Part shown: positions 25,946-38,769 of the stretch, piece by piece
Layout: each line of letters starts with the position of its first letter
Numbering within the stretch: position 1 is the stretch's first letter
Translations under genes and position numbers: made by a program
The notes under the pieces: generated by a model
Told to the model about the DNA's origin: nothing
The model's database searches: none
What the model saw: the letters and a program-made list of their open reading frames with translations, nothing else
Source of the DNA: Octopus vulgaris
Lineage: Eukaryota
Reading direction: 5' to 3'
DNA length: 64,000 nucleotides
NCBI GenBank assembly: GCA_951406725.2
Contig: OX597817.1
Coordinates: forward strand, 124,310,001-124,374,000

Positions 25946-26507
25946 ATATATATATATATACAAAATCCATTCTGTCTGTCTGTGTGTGTGTCTTCTAGGA
26001 TCTCGGGCATCCTCCATCTAATTGCGCTCAAATTTGATAAGTAGATACCGACGGTATCAGGGCGTGTATAGGTCTTGCAAAAATTACAAAATTCGATTCC
26101 AGGTGAGAATGCGATCGATAAAGCCATTTTTTGTCCTGCTCTTCTTCCGTCAACTTGTACATAACTGCACTTTCCATTTTTTGTTGTTTTTGTACTGATT
26201 AAAGGCACGCTTCCTTCCTGCCAAGCTTACTGTTTAAACCATGTTTGTGTTCTCCCAGTCAACAGCCTTTTCACTACTGGTACTTTAAACTCTTCAGTTG
26301 CATATTTGTGTGAATAAAATCGTTTTTCTTTGGAATAGAAAAAAGTCTATCTTTATTTCTTCTTTTGCTGGTGTCTCAAATTTAGGTTAAATCAGTGTTT
26401 CTCAAAGGGGCGGCCTATGAGACGGTCGGACAAGTTGTTTTGAGAAAATTTGGTTTAAATATTTGACAACTCAACCCCGTCCATTGGACAAGGGGCATTT
26501 TGCTCAT
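25946..26507 (+). mobile_element. Probable non-autonomous Helitron
   Basis: TA-rich 5' end followed by (TCTG)/(TG) repeats. GC-rich 3' hairpin CCCCGTCCA-T-TGGACAAGGGG (26475-26495) lies shortly before TGCTCAT, a possibly mutated CTAG. No TIRs; CpG-richer than the flanks. Confidence 0.6.
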
Positions 26508-27657
26508 AATATATATATATATATATATATATACACCTACAATATATAAATATAAGCTGCTGTTAGTTTCATGCTGTGAAAACACAATAACTTAATTATC
26601 AAACATTGTGTTTCCAAGCAATCTCACAGACTCAAGTATGCAACACAGCTGGATGTAGTATATTGTTGTTGATCCCACCATATATATGTGTATATATAAA
26701 AGTGTAGCTTGCTTCCCAAATCTTTGGTCTCAGATTCAGTCTACTGCATGGCACTATGGGTAAGTATCTTCCAATTGCCCACCCTTAGACAGAACAAAAT
26801 CTTCTCAGTGGACTTGGTACATGGAAACTGGAAGATGCCTGCTGTATATTTGTGGTGTGCGTTTTTGTATGTATCCATGTCTTGATCTCATGTAATGGTT
26901 GTAAACTGGCATCACTATCATACAAGCAATGTTGTTTGATTCCTGTCTTGTTCGAATCATCATGCTTGTCCATGTGGAAGCATTACCATGCCTGGAAACA
27001 GATGAGAAGAGTATCCATTGTACTTGCACCACTTCGAGGTATTTGTATTTCTCATTATTTCTCAGTAATCTAATGACATCATCTTGGTGGTAATTTTACA
27101 CTGGCAGATTTAATCTTTTAGCTCTCGTTTCATATTTGAAACTGCATACTAATAGCCTTGCTAAGTCTTCTTACTGCTTCGGATCATAGATGCAAAAGCA
27201 GTATCAGCAAATTCTTGTCTGACACGTGCAATCATGGGAAACTGGACATTAAGGGATGATGATGATGATGGCTAGATAGATAGACAGACAGACAGACAGA
27301 TAGATAGATAGACAGATAGATAGACAGACAGATAGATGATAGACAGACAGACTGACAGATAAATTTGACAGATTATGAGAAATACTTGGGGAATAAAACT
27401 GCAGAAGAGAAATATTTTCTTTTCTTTGTTAAATGCTTTATGCAAACCTTGTAGGCCTAAAATCACTTAGTTTAACACCCTTACTTTGTCTGCGGGCATC
27501 TTTACTAGAATGCACTCTCTTGCACTTGGTAATAGTGGCCTGCAAAAGTTTAGACTGTGCATCAATTATATCAGTTTCAACTGTCTTGGAAAGCTTGGAA
27601 AGGAAATATGCTGCCATTTTTCTTCTGATTAGAATAAATGTATATAAATATTAACAA

Positions 27658-28285
27658 GGTGCAGGCTGGGCTGTGTGGCAAAAAATTTGCTTCCCAACCA
27701 CATGGTATCAGGTTCAGTCCTACTGTGTGTCATCTTAGGGTAAAGTTTCATGAATGACCCATGAATGACCATAGGACTTGCACCTACAAAGTTCCCCTCC
27801 AAGGCACAAGTTCAAGCAAAATTGTTTTTATGTAAGACCAGCAGTCATCCAAACATACCAGTTTCCCCTCTCCACACCACATTATCCAAAGGTAAGGCAA
27901 AGGTCAATACAATTTGGTACCAATGACATCGCAACTTATTTCTACAGCTGAGTGAACTGGAGCAATGTGAAATAAAGTGTTTTGCTCAAGAACACAACAC
28001 ACAGTCAGGTATGAGAATCGAACTCACTACCTCATTGTTGTGACCCTCTACTACTGAGCCATATGCTTTTATATGCACGACACCTTGGGCAAATATCTTC
28101 TGCTATTACCTCAGATTGACCAAAGCCTTATGAGGGGATTTGGTAAACAGAAACTGAAAGAAACTCCATACATACATACATACATACATACATGCATGCA
28201 AGCATGCATGCATGCATACATACATACATACGTACATACATACATACATACATACATACATACATGCCTGCATACATATATATAT
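27658..28285 (+). mobile_element. Family A-type SINE head and core, interrupted by an antisense family C SINE
   Basis: Head at 27658-27738; the core resumes at about 28075 (CACCTTGGGCAAATATCTTCT) and runs into (CATA)n. Confidence 0.7.
27740..28070 (-). mobile_element. Near full-length tRNA-derived SINE, family C
   Basis: Minus head GGCTCAGTAGTAG...GAGTTCGATTC; homologous to 4672-4888 and 63801-63983. Confidence 0.78.
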
Positions 28286-31200
28286 AATTAGTTAGAGAAT
28301 TGGTATGACTCTTTATTTTGTATGATGGTCGTTTTGACCCATTCTGCAACTGTCCTTGATAGGTGGGATGTTGTTCAACATACTATGTTGCATCAGTCTT
28401 GCAATCTGGATCACATCAGGTAAATTGATACATAAAGTATGCATAAATGTACCTGATGTGACCCAGACTGCAAGATTGATGCAGCATAGTATGAAGCACC
28501 CATGTCTTGACCTCATGTAATGGCCAGGAAATGGCCAGCCAGAGAACTGTTCAGGTTCCAGTTATCTGTTTCGACATAGTTTCTATAGATGGATGCCCTT
28601 TCTAATGCCAACTGCTTTACAGAGTGTGATGGGTGCTTCCCATGTGCTACTAGCACATGTATGTGTGTATTTGCCTTTGTATTTGTGTTTGTCCTCCACC
28701 ACTGCTTGACAACTGCTGTCAGTTTGTTTACATCCCTGGAGTGAAGCTGTTCAGCAAAAGAAACCTAGAGGATAAGAACCAGGTTTTCAAATAAAATAAG
28801 TGCTGGAGATTTGTTTGTGTAAACTCTTCAAGGCTGTGTCTTAGCATGGCCCATAGTCCAGTGATTGAAGCAAGTAAAAAACAGAAAATGAAAGATAAAT
28901 ATCAATATAAATGAAATAGAAAAAAAGTAGCTCTCAGGTGTGAGAAGAGTGACAAAGAGGAGAAACTGCATTTGAGCAAACGTTATACTTTTGCCTCAGT
29001 TTGTTACTGTATTGTCATTAACATCAATGTAATTAATTCTTTTACTCATACCTGAGTAGTTATTGCCTTGCTGGAACACTTGTACCATACTTCTATACAT
29101 GAATATAATCATGTTTTTTTTCTTCTCTTATTTAAAGATCTTCTCCTGAAGAAATAGTTGACATATCACTTTTAAATTAATTATGTATATGAATTACATA
29201 CTTATGTAAATAATGATGTTTTGTTTTACTCTATTGAAACAGCTACTGAGTACAACAAAATGATGAATTAGAAGTGAAATTTATGCTTTTCTGCTTTTTC
29301 ATCCAAATATATTCTTTACTAATACTTTAGTCAATTCTGTATATCAATGCAAGTTTATTTCACAGGATTTATTGCATTGTAATAATGCATTGAAGTTGAA
29401 CGATATTATTAATTGAGTTCTAAAATACTGTGGATATATTTTATGATGTATGTACCACAATTCACTATATAACGATCATTATATATTAAAAATCTTGTGT
29501 GTCAGGATGCTAAAATTGGTTTTTAAAAAAGAAATTCAAAGAGCATTGTCTCAAAACATGTAATAAGTATGTCTAGAGAAAGACAGAAGAGACATGATCA
29601 TCAATAAGGTCTGTTGAAAGAAAATTAAATTAAAGTAGTTCAAAGAATATAAATCTTGTATAAAACAAATTTAATTTTATTACAGTAATAATTTGAACTA
29701 CGTCAATTTTAGTCTTACAAGTAATAAATTACGAAACAGATTTTTTTTCACTCAGCCTGCTTGACCACAAAACATTAATCTGTTGTGCTGCAATCAAATG
29801 TGAAGTAGTTATAGCAACTTATTAAAAGAATGTTCATCTCAGTCTATGTCGATAATTATGTTATTAAGCAAACTGTTGTTCTTTCAGCCTAAGTTAGCTT
29901 TAACTAAGAAGCAGGCCTATAATTTAAGATTTTCCAGTTGTGGTTATACTGTGGAAATCGTACCAGTGAATGTGTTAGATAATGAGGCATTCAGATAATA
30001 TCACCCTCCCTAGACACAACATAATTTGCTTCAACACTTATTTCACATAAAGAATCTTGTAAACCAGATACAAAAACGAAGTATTCTGTGTTTTTAGGGG
30101 TATATAGAATTTCAACATTTAATGTCATATTCCCTCTTATACGATTTCGAGATTATTGTCTCTTATCAACGGGCAGTAATCACCAGGTCACGATGAAAGA
30201 CAAGGCCTGCCTGCAAATATATAAGAGTTTTTCTGAGAGAAATGTGATTGTAGCACATTTCTCTAGCAAGTTCAGTGACCATGTAGAAGTTCCTTCATCT
30301 CTTCGTAGTGAATTGAAACTATTGAGATTGCATTTTAAGCATAAGGTTCGATGTTTCTTAATGATTTTTGCTGAATCAACTCCAAACACATAGAAACAAA
30401 ATAAACTTGATGATGCAAGAGAGGTTTAAACTCAGAACCTTATTAAATGAAACTGAAAATTTCCAATGCAACATTTACTCTTAAGTTCTGCTCTCTCTGT
30501 CCTCCCTCTCTCTCTTTCTCTCTCTTTCTCCTATTAGTATTTTCTATTAATATATCGTACACGACAATAATAATGATAATGATGGCGATAGTTTGGATTA
30601 GCTATGGTAATGATTACTGCTATGTAACAACTAAGTAGGGTTAATTAGAGACTTACAAAATGGCAATAAGAATGGATATAATGAATTTAAATAAGAGAAG
30701 AGTATTATAATTTTGCCTTGTGTTATGTTGTCTCTGTTTATCTACACACACACATGCACGTACACACATATATGCATGCACACACACATGAACACATACA
30801 CATGCATGCACATGCACACACACATAGACATGCATGCACATGCATTTACTGAAATCTATCTTTTAGTCATTCCATATTCTCTCAGAAAGAATAAAGTTTT
30901 ACATTTTCCAAATATTTGCAGGATATGAAAAAATTAATCAACATTTTTAAAAAAAGTAGTATACAATGTTTGCTGTTAATGAGATAACTATAACTAAAAA
31001 ATAAAATGTTAGTCTACAATTTCCAATAGAAAAAAAAATATAAAAAGATAACTTTATCAAGAGTTTGCTATAGTCAAATATGAATGTTACAATAAATTTT
31101 GTTGAATGCCATTGAGCATTGAATATCATATGAATTTTAAAATTTCTTATTTGTAAAGTGTCTTAGCAGGCTAGTTATTTTATCCTTCAAACTATAAAGT

Positions 31201-32217
31201 GGAAGAGTGGCTGAAAGGGAAGCGAAATTAGTATAAATGTCTTACAATAATGTAATGTTATTTTTCAATGCTTTATGTTCAAACTCTGATTTGACTTGGG
31301 AGTCCACTTTACCTTTCATTCCTCCGGGATTCATAAAATACTAGTAATATGGTTGAAGGTTACTTCAATCAATTCACTTCAACAATGTATTTGTGCCTTC
31401 TGACAGAGGTTAACAAAAGTCAAGACACTGGATTGCATTTGAAGTAGTATTCAGCTTCAAAATTTTATGTCCTGATTTCAAATCCTGAAAGAGTTGCTTA
31501 AGCTTTTCATCCTCCAAAAGTTGATAAGAAAGTTACCAATCACATATTGGTGTCAAGTAAGTCAACTACACACCACCTGCATAAATATGTTTCCTTATAA
31601 TAACGCAAAAGAAAAAAAGTATCAGGCAAAAAAGCCATATACCTAAACCAAAACTGATTTCATTTTGTCTTTTTTTATTTACTGGATACAATATCATGAG
31701 AATACATATGCAAAATGTGCAATGGTCGATACACAAGTGTTAAACATTCAATATTTTTGTCTTGACAGACTGCATTTTTGATTAGAAGGGAAAGTCTATA
31801 ACTAATCTCAGGTGCCTGGTGCAATCTTAGAAAATAGACATATCCATGCACTGTACTCTGATATCAGAAAATGAAAAAAGTAACTTCAATCACTTTGTGT
31901 ACATATTTATCTTTATGGGAATGAATTTGTGCATATATTTATGAGTATGTGTTTAAGCATGTATGCACACATATATTCACAAATGCAAAATGGAAATTTT
32001 TGACCTTCTTGACTTGCTAAACCTTACTTTTCTAGTTAGAGATAAAAGCGTTTTCATTTTATCTTTCCTAGGCACTTTGGTCACATCTTAGTAGATTGTG
32101 CATATATGAATTAAGGTTAGCTTTCTGATGTTATAAGACAGAATATCAGATCTGGAATTCCCTGATGGCATCTATATACTGATAACCAGTTTCCAGTAAC
32201 AGAATCTGTTTATTTAT

Positions 32218-32495
32218 ATTTATTATTATCATTTTGGTTTGGCTCATGTCCAGTCTTATTTCTAGTAGGAATTATGTGGATAGCAGGTAACTACCAGTAA
32301 CCGTAGGTATCCACAAGTTTCCAGCAGTCTCTCAAGTGCTTAGTATCCTCCTGATAATCATTGCTGTCCCCAAGAGACAAACTTTCTGTAGGAGCTCCAC
32401 CTGGCATTCTATTTCAATCTCCTTATACTTTAACCATTTGTCTATATTTTGGCTTACTGTTTCCAGTGCAATAATTATTATAGGCACAACTATTA
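32218..32495 (-). mobile_element. Dong/R4-like LINE extreme 3' end with (TAA)n tail
   Basis: Minus translation VVPIIIIALETVSQNIDKWL...ELLQKVCLLGTAMIIRRILST*. Confidence 0.8.
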
Positions 32496-33205
32496 TTATT
32501 ATTTGATGAAAACTCTCAGCTCATTTTGCTGGTTATAATGTGAAGCATCAGCAGTCTTCAGCCAGCAGATTAAGGTGTCACTTGTTTACTGATCATGCTT
32601 CAAGAATCCTGTGAAGACTTTTTTGCAGTTCTAAGCAATGCTGATTCTTGTAGATGTTCTGTCCTTACATTGGTACCAATCTTTTTAAGCCGTGTTAGTA
32701 GTTGAATGCTCATACTTCCAAGTGTGCTAATTACTATTGATATTACATCTACGTCTACTCTCCTTGTTGATCACGACTTTTATATTTCCCACTTCAAATC
32801 ATCACAATTGTTCAGTTTTTCTTATCTTATCTCTTTGATCCTGTTGAGACATGCTATGTTGATTATCATGCATGTTCTTTCTTTTTTATTCACAACAAAA
32901 ATGTCCAGTTTCTGATGTCTGGTCAGGTAATTGCCCTGAATCATTGCATCCCAGAGGATTTTGCAATCTTCATTCTTGGTGTTTCCTTCTGGGGTTTTTT
33001 CATACCACATCTTTGCTCTTTGTAGGCTGCGATTTCCCCAGAGCTCTCAATGGATTGTTCTTGCCACATTATCATGTTGTCTTTCATATTCTCGTTGTAC
33101 AAATTTCAAGCATTCCCTACAACATTTCATCCCTCTCACCACACATCCTACATTCATCACTGTCTGTAGTGTTGTTGATTCTGCACTTCACATAGTTAGT
33201 TCTTA
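32496..33205 (-). mobile_element. Second Dong/R4-like LINE 3' fragment (CCHC finger and endonuclease region)
   Basis: Minus translation CRMCGERDE, YERQHDNVARTIH, WYEKTPEG, CKILWDAMIQ, KLDIFVVNKK, DLKWEI, HLQESALLRTAK. Confidence 0.82.
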
Positions 33206-33277
33206 ACGCTTGTTGTTGTTGTTGTTATTGTTGTTGTTCTTCTAATTATTATCATTATTATTATTATTATTATTTTT

Positions 33278-33834
33278 GAGTGAGAGAACAGTGCATGCCA
33301 TCAACGTGACACTGGGGTAAAATATACGAAGCCCAGTATACCCATCATGACTACTCGTCTGATAAGGGTATACCAGGCACATCCATCACAACCATATGTG
33401 TGCGACATGGTGATCTCATATCAAGATAAACAGCACATGACCTTGCAGGTGGGGTCCAGTTAGAATTTTCTTCAGGTTGAGTAGCCCATCCCACCCAAAA
33501 GGTCCCTCAATAAGGGTTGTTTAAGGATGTTGAACAAAACACTCATGTTTCCAAAGGTGAATTATCCAAACCTCCAAGAATTCCTTTCAACACACGGCTA
33601 TGATGCTCCCCCACTACTTCTGCTTGTGATCAGAGATGCACATATCATCAGCCACTAAGAGACATGATCAACTGGTTATGGTCAAACAACTGACAAGCTA
33701 ATCTGTGGTATTGAGCAGAATATTTGCTGTAGCCCATCTTTTATACCAAGACAAAACAATGTACTTGATAACACTTACAATCAGTTAAGATCACAAGCCA
33801 GGAGAGCCACTGCCTGGTACTGCATCAGGGCATT
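33278..33834 (-). mobile_element. Unclassified ~560-bp non-coding element embedded in a (TAA)n tract
   Basis: GC-richer block with sharp boundaries, flanked on both sides by (TTA)n; no ORF, TIR or tRNA head recognised. The strand is a guess. Confidence 0.5.
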
Positions 33835-33848
33835 TATTATTATTATCA

Positions 33849-33906
<58 letters not shown>

Positions 33907-33943
33907 TATTATTATCATCATCATTATCAGTATCATTATTATT
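33835..33943. repeat. (TTA)n/(TCA)n microsatellite
   Basis: Direct reading of the sequence. Confidence 0.95.
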
Positions 33944-33946
33944 GTC

Positions 33947-34442
33947 AAGGTATTGAGCTTGCACAATCGTTAGCATGCCATGCGAAATGCTTAGCAGTAT
34001 TTTGCCTGCCGTTACGTTCTGAGTTCAAATTCCACTGAGGTTGACTTTACCTTTCATCCTTTTGGGGTCGATATAATTGACTTAATCCGTTTGTCTGTCC
34101 TTGTTTGTTTTCTTCTATGGCCTGGAGTTCAGCCTAAACCCTGTGAGTACATTTGTTTGATGGAAAATGAAAGAAATTTGTTGTATATATGTGTGTCTGT
34201 AGCTGAGAGAGAGAGAGTGTGTGTGTGTATGTGTGTGTGTTTGTTCCCCACTACTGCTAGACAATGGCGTCGTTGGTTTGTTTACATCCCTGTGACTTAG
34301 TGGTTTGGCAACAAAAACGTTGAGGAAATAATACCAGGCTTAAAAATAAATACTGGGGTTGGTTTGTTTATCTAAACTCTTCAAGGGATGGGGGTCCTGG
34401 CATGGCTGCAATGTAATGACTGAAACAATTGAAAGATGAAAA
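33947..34442 (+). mobile_element. Family B SINE (33947-34120) directly joined to a family A core and 3' half
   Basis: TTCTGAGTTCAAATTCC...CCTTTCATCCTTTTGGGGTCGAT, then CTGTGAGT...GGAAA.TGAAAGAA, a microsatellite and a GACTGAAACAA tail. Confidence 0.7.
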
Positions 34443-35557
34443 ACTATGCGTACTGGCAAAAAATACTTGACAATATATATCAAATATTATCATAACAGCA
34501 AAGATCCTTAGTCAGCATTTAACCGTTTCTTTTACCAATTGGTACTGACAAATTGTCAATATATGTCTAAATAGATTGATTGCATAAAAGTGACTTCATT
34601 TGGCATAGCTTTTTCAAAATAGACAGGCTAATTGTGTTTTACTCAATGGAACTTAAATATAATTGAAAGGTGTGTTACAGAATTCAGATGAACTTTGACA
34701 GTATAAAATGATCATTCAAGTCTTTCTAATAAAAGATCATTATGAAAAATCAAATGATATATTGCTGTGAACAGTGAGAAGAAATTGAAGCATTTTTGTA
34801 GTTTTCCGTATATACAGTATATGTCTCTTAAATATTCTCTTGGAAAGTGTTAGATTTTATTTGAGTATCTAGCAAAAATTTCCCCTAGAATGAACTAAGC
34901 TATCATGACAGTTTTGCAATTTGCCTCTGAGTGTTGAACATTTAAGCTACTTTATTTGCAATGATAAAGTCAAGATTAGATATATGTGTTCTACAAACTA
35001 TCAGCGGTAAAACCTTTTGACAGAGCTAAGAGCACACCTTAATCTATCTAATGTTAAGATAGTTGTCAAGTTAAGAGTGTGTTGTTTGTGTCATGAGTAA
35101 CATATAAGAAAAAATTACTGTGTTGTCGTTGTTTAATAGAAAACCAACTTTGATCAAATAGACCCTCACCAAAGGCATTCCATCCATGCATAACAATGTC
35201 ACTTATTTAGAGATATTTAGAACTATATTATCTAATGCATCATTTTCTTCTTTTAAATGGTATAGTGTGGGATTTGTTTATAGCTGGTTAAGTGTCAATA
35301 TAGAAGCAAACTCATTGACTTGTGAGTAAGAAAACATTTTTTAAATGTTGCTTCATATCCAATCTTGCTTCATAGCACCTGTCTGCAAGGAAGCCTCAAG
35401 CTAACAAAGAAACTCCGAGGTGGTTATTTAACCAGTTAGAAATATCAAACAAATTTACTTCATATCAAAATTATCAAAAAAAGATATTACAGTGCATATT
35501 ATATTAGGTCTGCTGCACCAGGGCAAAGCAACATTACCAATATCAAATGTGTGTATG

Positions 35558-36180
35558 TCATCATCATCGTTTTGCGTCCGTTTTCCAAGCTGGCATGGGT
35601 TGGATGGTTCGACTGGGGTTTGGGAAGCCAGGAGGCTGCACCAGGCCCCAATCTGATCTGGCAGTGTTTCTATAGCTGGATGCTCTTCCTAACGCCAACC
35701 ACTCCAAGAGTGTAGTGGGTGCTTTTTATGTGCCACCAGCACAAGGGGCCAGAGGAGCTGGAATCTACCATGATTGGATGGTGCTTTTTACATGCTATCA
35801 AGCATGGAAGCCAGTCAAGGCAGCAACTGGCATCAGCCACGTTCAGATGGTGCTTTTTACGTGCTACCAGCACAGGGCTCACAACTACAATTTCCATTTG
35901 ATTTGATTTTGATATTGCTGATGTTGATGTACTTGGCTCAATAGATCTCCTTAAGCACTACATGTCACCCTACAATCCAAGGTATTTTTGAGTGGGCTGG
36001 TTTTGCGACACTGGTGTGATTACAGCTGTGTACTCACTTTATTTGCCAGGTCTTCTCAGTCACAGCATACCTCCAAAGGTTTCAATCTTTTGTCATTACC
36101 TCTGTGAGGCCCAACGTTCAAAAGTCATGCTTCACCACCTCATCCCATGTCTTCCAGCGTCTCCCTCTACCTCGGATTCA
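35558..36180 (-). mobile_element. RTE-clade LINE 3' end
   Basis: Minus translation RGRGRRWKTWDEVVKHDF*TLGLTEVMTKD*NLWRYAVTEKTWQIK*, then a tandem-unit UTR and (GAT)n tail. Confidence 0.85.
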
Positions 36181-37697
36181 ATATATACATAGTGGTTCCC
36201 TTGTTAGTGTCTTTATCAGATGTATATATTGAACATTCATAAGAAACTCTTATTCAACTGTTAGATGACCTGAATGTTATTCCTTCTTCAAATGTGCTTC
36301 AGACTAAAGGACCTCATTCAAAAATGACACTTATGATGAAAAAATTAATTTAGAAGCATTTAAATGGGGGATGAAATTAATAAAAATGTCACAATATAAT
36401 ATATGTATATGTACACATTATTGTTATTGGTGCATACATCATTTGAAGTTTTTCTAATTTGTTCAGTTATTAAGTATGCAAAGCAAATACAATTATCAAG
36501 GAATGGAAAGTTGTCATTAAGTATGACCTACTGTACATATCTTCTTCATTGTAACTTATGATTATATTATCAGTTGTCAAATTACTATTTAGCCCTCATC
36601 ATAATTAAAACAAAATACATGCAAACAAATTCTGTTGAAATTTCATTTTAATCTTCAGCTTTAATGGCAGATGATAAAGCAATATGTCAAATTGAGCATA
36701 ATAAAACAGCATATATATTATTGAAAGATGTCATTGATTCTAACAACAAATATTGTGTAGATACTCAACTTGATAGGTTCACATTCTTTAATTAATATGA
36801 AATAAATAGAAGATCAAAAATGATGACAATAGAAAAAATACTAACAACTAAAAGGAAATAATTGTTGCTGTATTGAAACTGCAACTGAAATATTTAAAAA
36901 CAATTTGAAAATTGCTTTTCAATATTTGAATGTGTAACTATGTACAGAATTAGCAAAGTTCTAGAAGAGTAATGATAAGGTCAAGTATTGTGAGGAGTGA
37001 AAATTCTAGCATTATGGCCCTTGTCTTTCTTCAAAGAATGAAGAAGATTCCAAATTTTATCTAAACAGTTTTGACTCCTCTAATGACAGAGTTCTGTTGG
37101 ATGTAAAGAGACGTGAATTTTGCACATAGCACAAATTTAAAAAAATATGCATCAAAGTAATGCCCCAATGAATTACTTCTGTGAATGAAACTTACCTAGC
37201 CTAGTCTTCTCTCTTATCTTCTATGCATTTTTCAAATCAGTATAAACTCAGTGTTACTATAAGCATTTTTAAATGTTTCTTTCTGATGCAAAGCTTTGTT
37301 CAGAATGTGGGTACTTTTGAGAACTTCACAAAATGAACTTTGCCAACGCAGGCTACTGCAAGTTCCCTTGAATTCTGGTTTGTATTTTATATAAAGTTAT
37401 TTGTGATATGCGTTGCACAGATTGCTTGAAACATCCAGTTACTGAAATAATTGAGAAATGGAGTTGACACTGAACTGAATTAACATTTTAATCAAAATCT
37501 TAGTTGGATAAAAGTTTAGAAAGAAGCCAGTAGTTATCATACTTGGACTTAATATCTTATTGGAAACCTATTTTCGATGGGCATTTAACATATAATGTTA
37601 GCCCAGAGCATGAGAGTAATCTTGTATCTGATGAACAGCTATCACTATAACATACTTTTGCATCACTGCTGGAACAATTGTACATATAAATATCTAC

Positions 37698-37730
<33 letters not shown>

Positions 37731-37766
37731 ACTCACTTTCTTTCTATCTATCTATCTATCTATCTA

Positions 37767-37818
<52 letters not shown>

Positions 37819-37847
37819 AAAAAAGGAGATGTCGAACACGAGTGGTG

Positions 37848-38155
37848 ATATATAAAAAAGGAAATGAAGAAAATGCTGACAAATAATTGAAGTAATTTAA
37901 GTAATTTAATTAGGTGAAGTTCTTTTTACCGGTTGCGCATTTGTTATGCTTATCAAAATATAAAAGAGAGATTAGAGTTCCTTTCTTATAGAATTTTTCC
38001 TCTTATCTCATAAGAGGAAAAATTCTATAAGAAAGGAACTCTAATCTCTCTTTTATATTTTGATAAGCATAACAAATGCGCAACCGGTAAAAAGAACTTT
38101 CACCTAATTAAATTACTTAAATTACTTCAATTATTTGTCAGCATTTTCTTCATTT

Positions 38156-38169
<14 letters not shown>
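37848..38169. repeat. Near-perfect 322-bp palindrome (159/160-bp arms, 3-nt spacer CTC at 38007-38009)
   Basis: By eye the arms are reverse complements except for one extra T in gaacttTcacc; bounded by (TA)n tracts. Confidence 0.95.
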
Positions 38170-38206
<37 letters not shown>

Positions 38207-38769
38207 CATATATGCATATTCACACACATATAGATACATGGTATCTGTAATCAACTATGTTAAATTCTATTTGTCACTGGTGTGTTTGCACAGAATTACA
38301 AGACTGGAATCATTAACAAATAAATATGTCAACTATAAAGTTAAAGGATCCGATCAGTAAATGTAAGTAACAAACATAAGATAATAGAATAAACTTCTAT
38401 TCCCAACTATCTGAATGTATTTACAACTTTATTCCGGTCTACATATGCTCAAGGGTAAAGCAAGATATAATGCTAACTGTTGTTATAAGGAAAATGAAAT
38501 CAGTCTCATGTGGCTACAAGTCAGCAGTATCTATTCACTTCAATATTTAGTGATGGATTATTCCAAAGAACCAATATTTCTGAATGAAGTGAAGCTTTAA
38601 GTGTTATTTTCTATTCTCTCAATAATATTATTTAATAACTCTATGAATTGCAATTAAGCTCTTCCACACTTTTCTCTGTCTCTTTCACTTTACCCATTAC
38701 ACATTATCACTCTCTATAGTTATTGGTATTAGAAAAGACATCTGGCTATAGTATTTCTGTGTAAATGTG

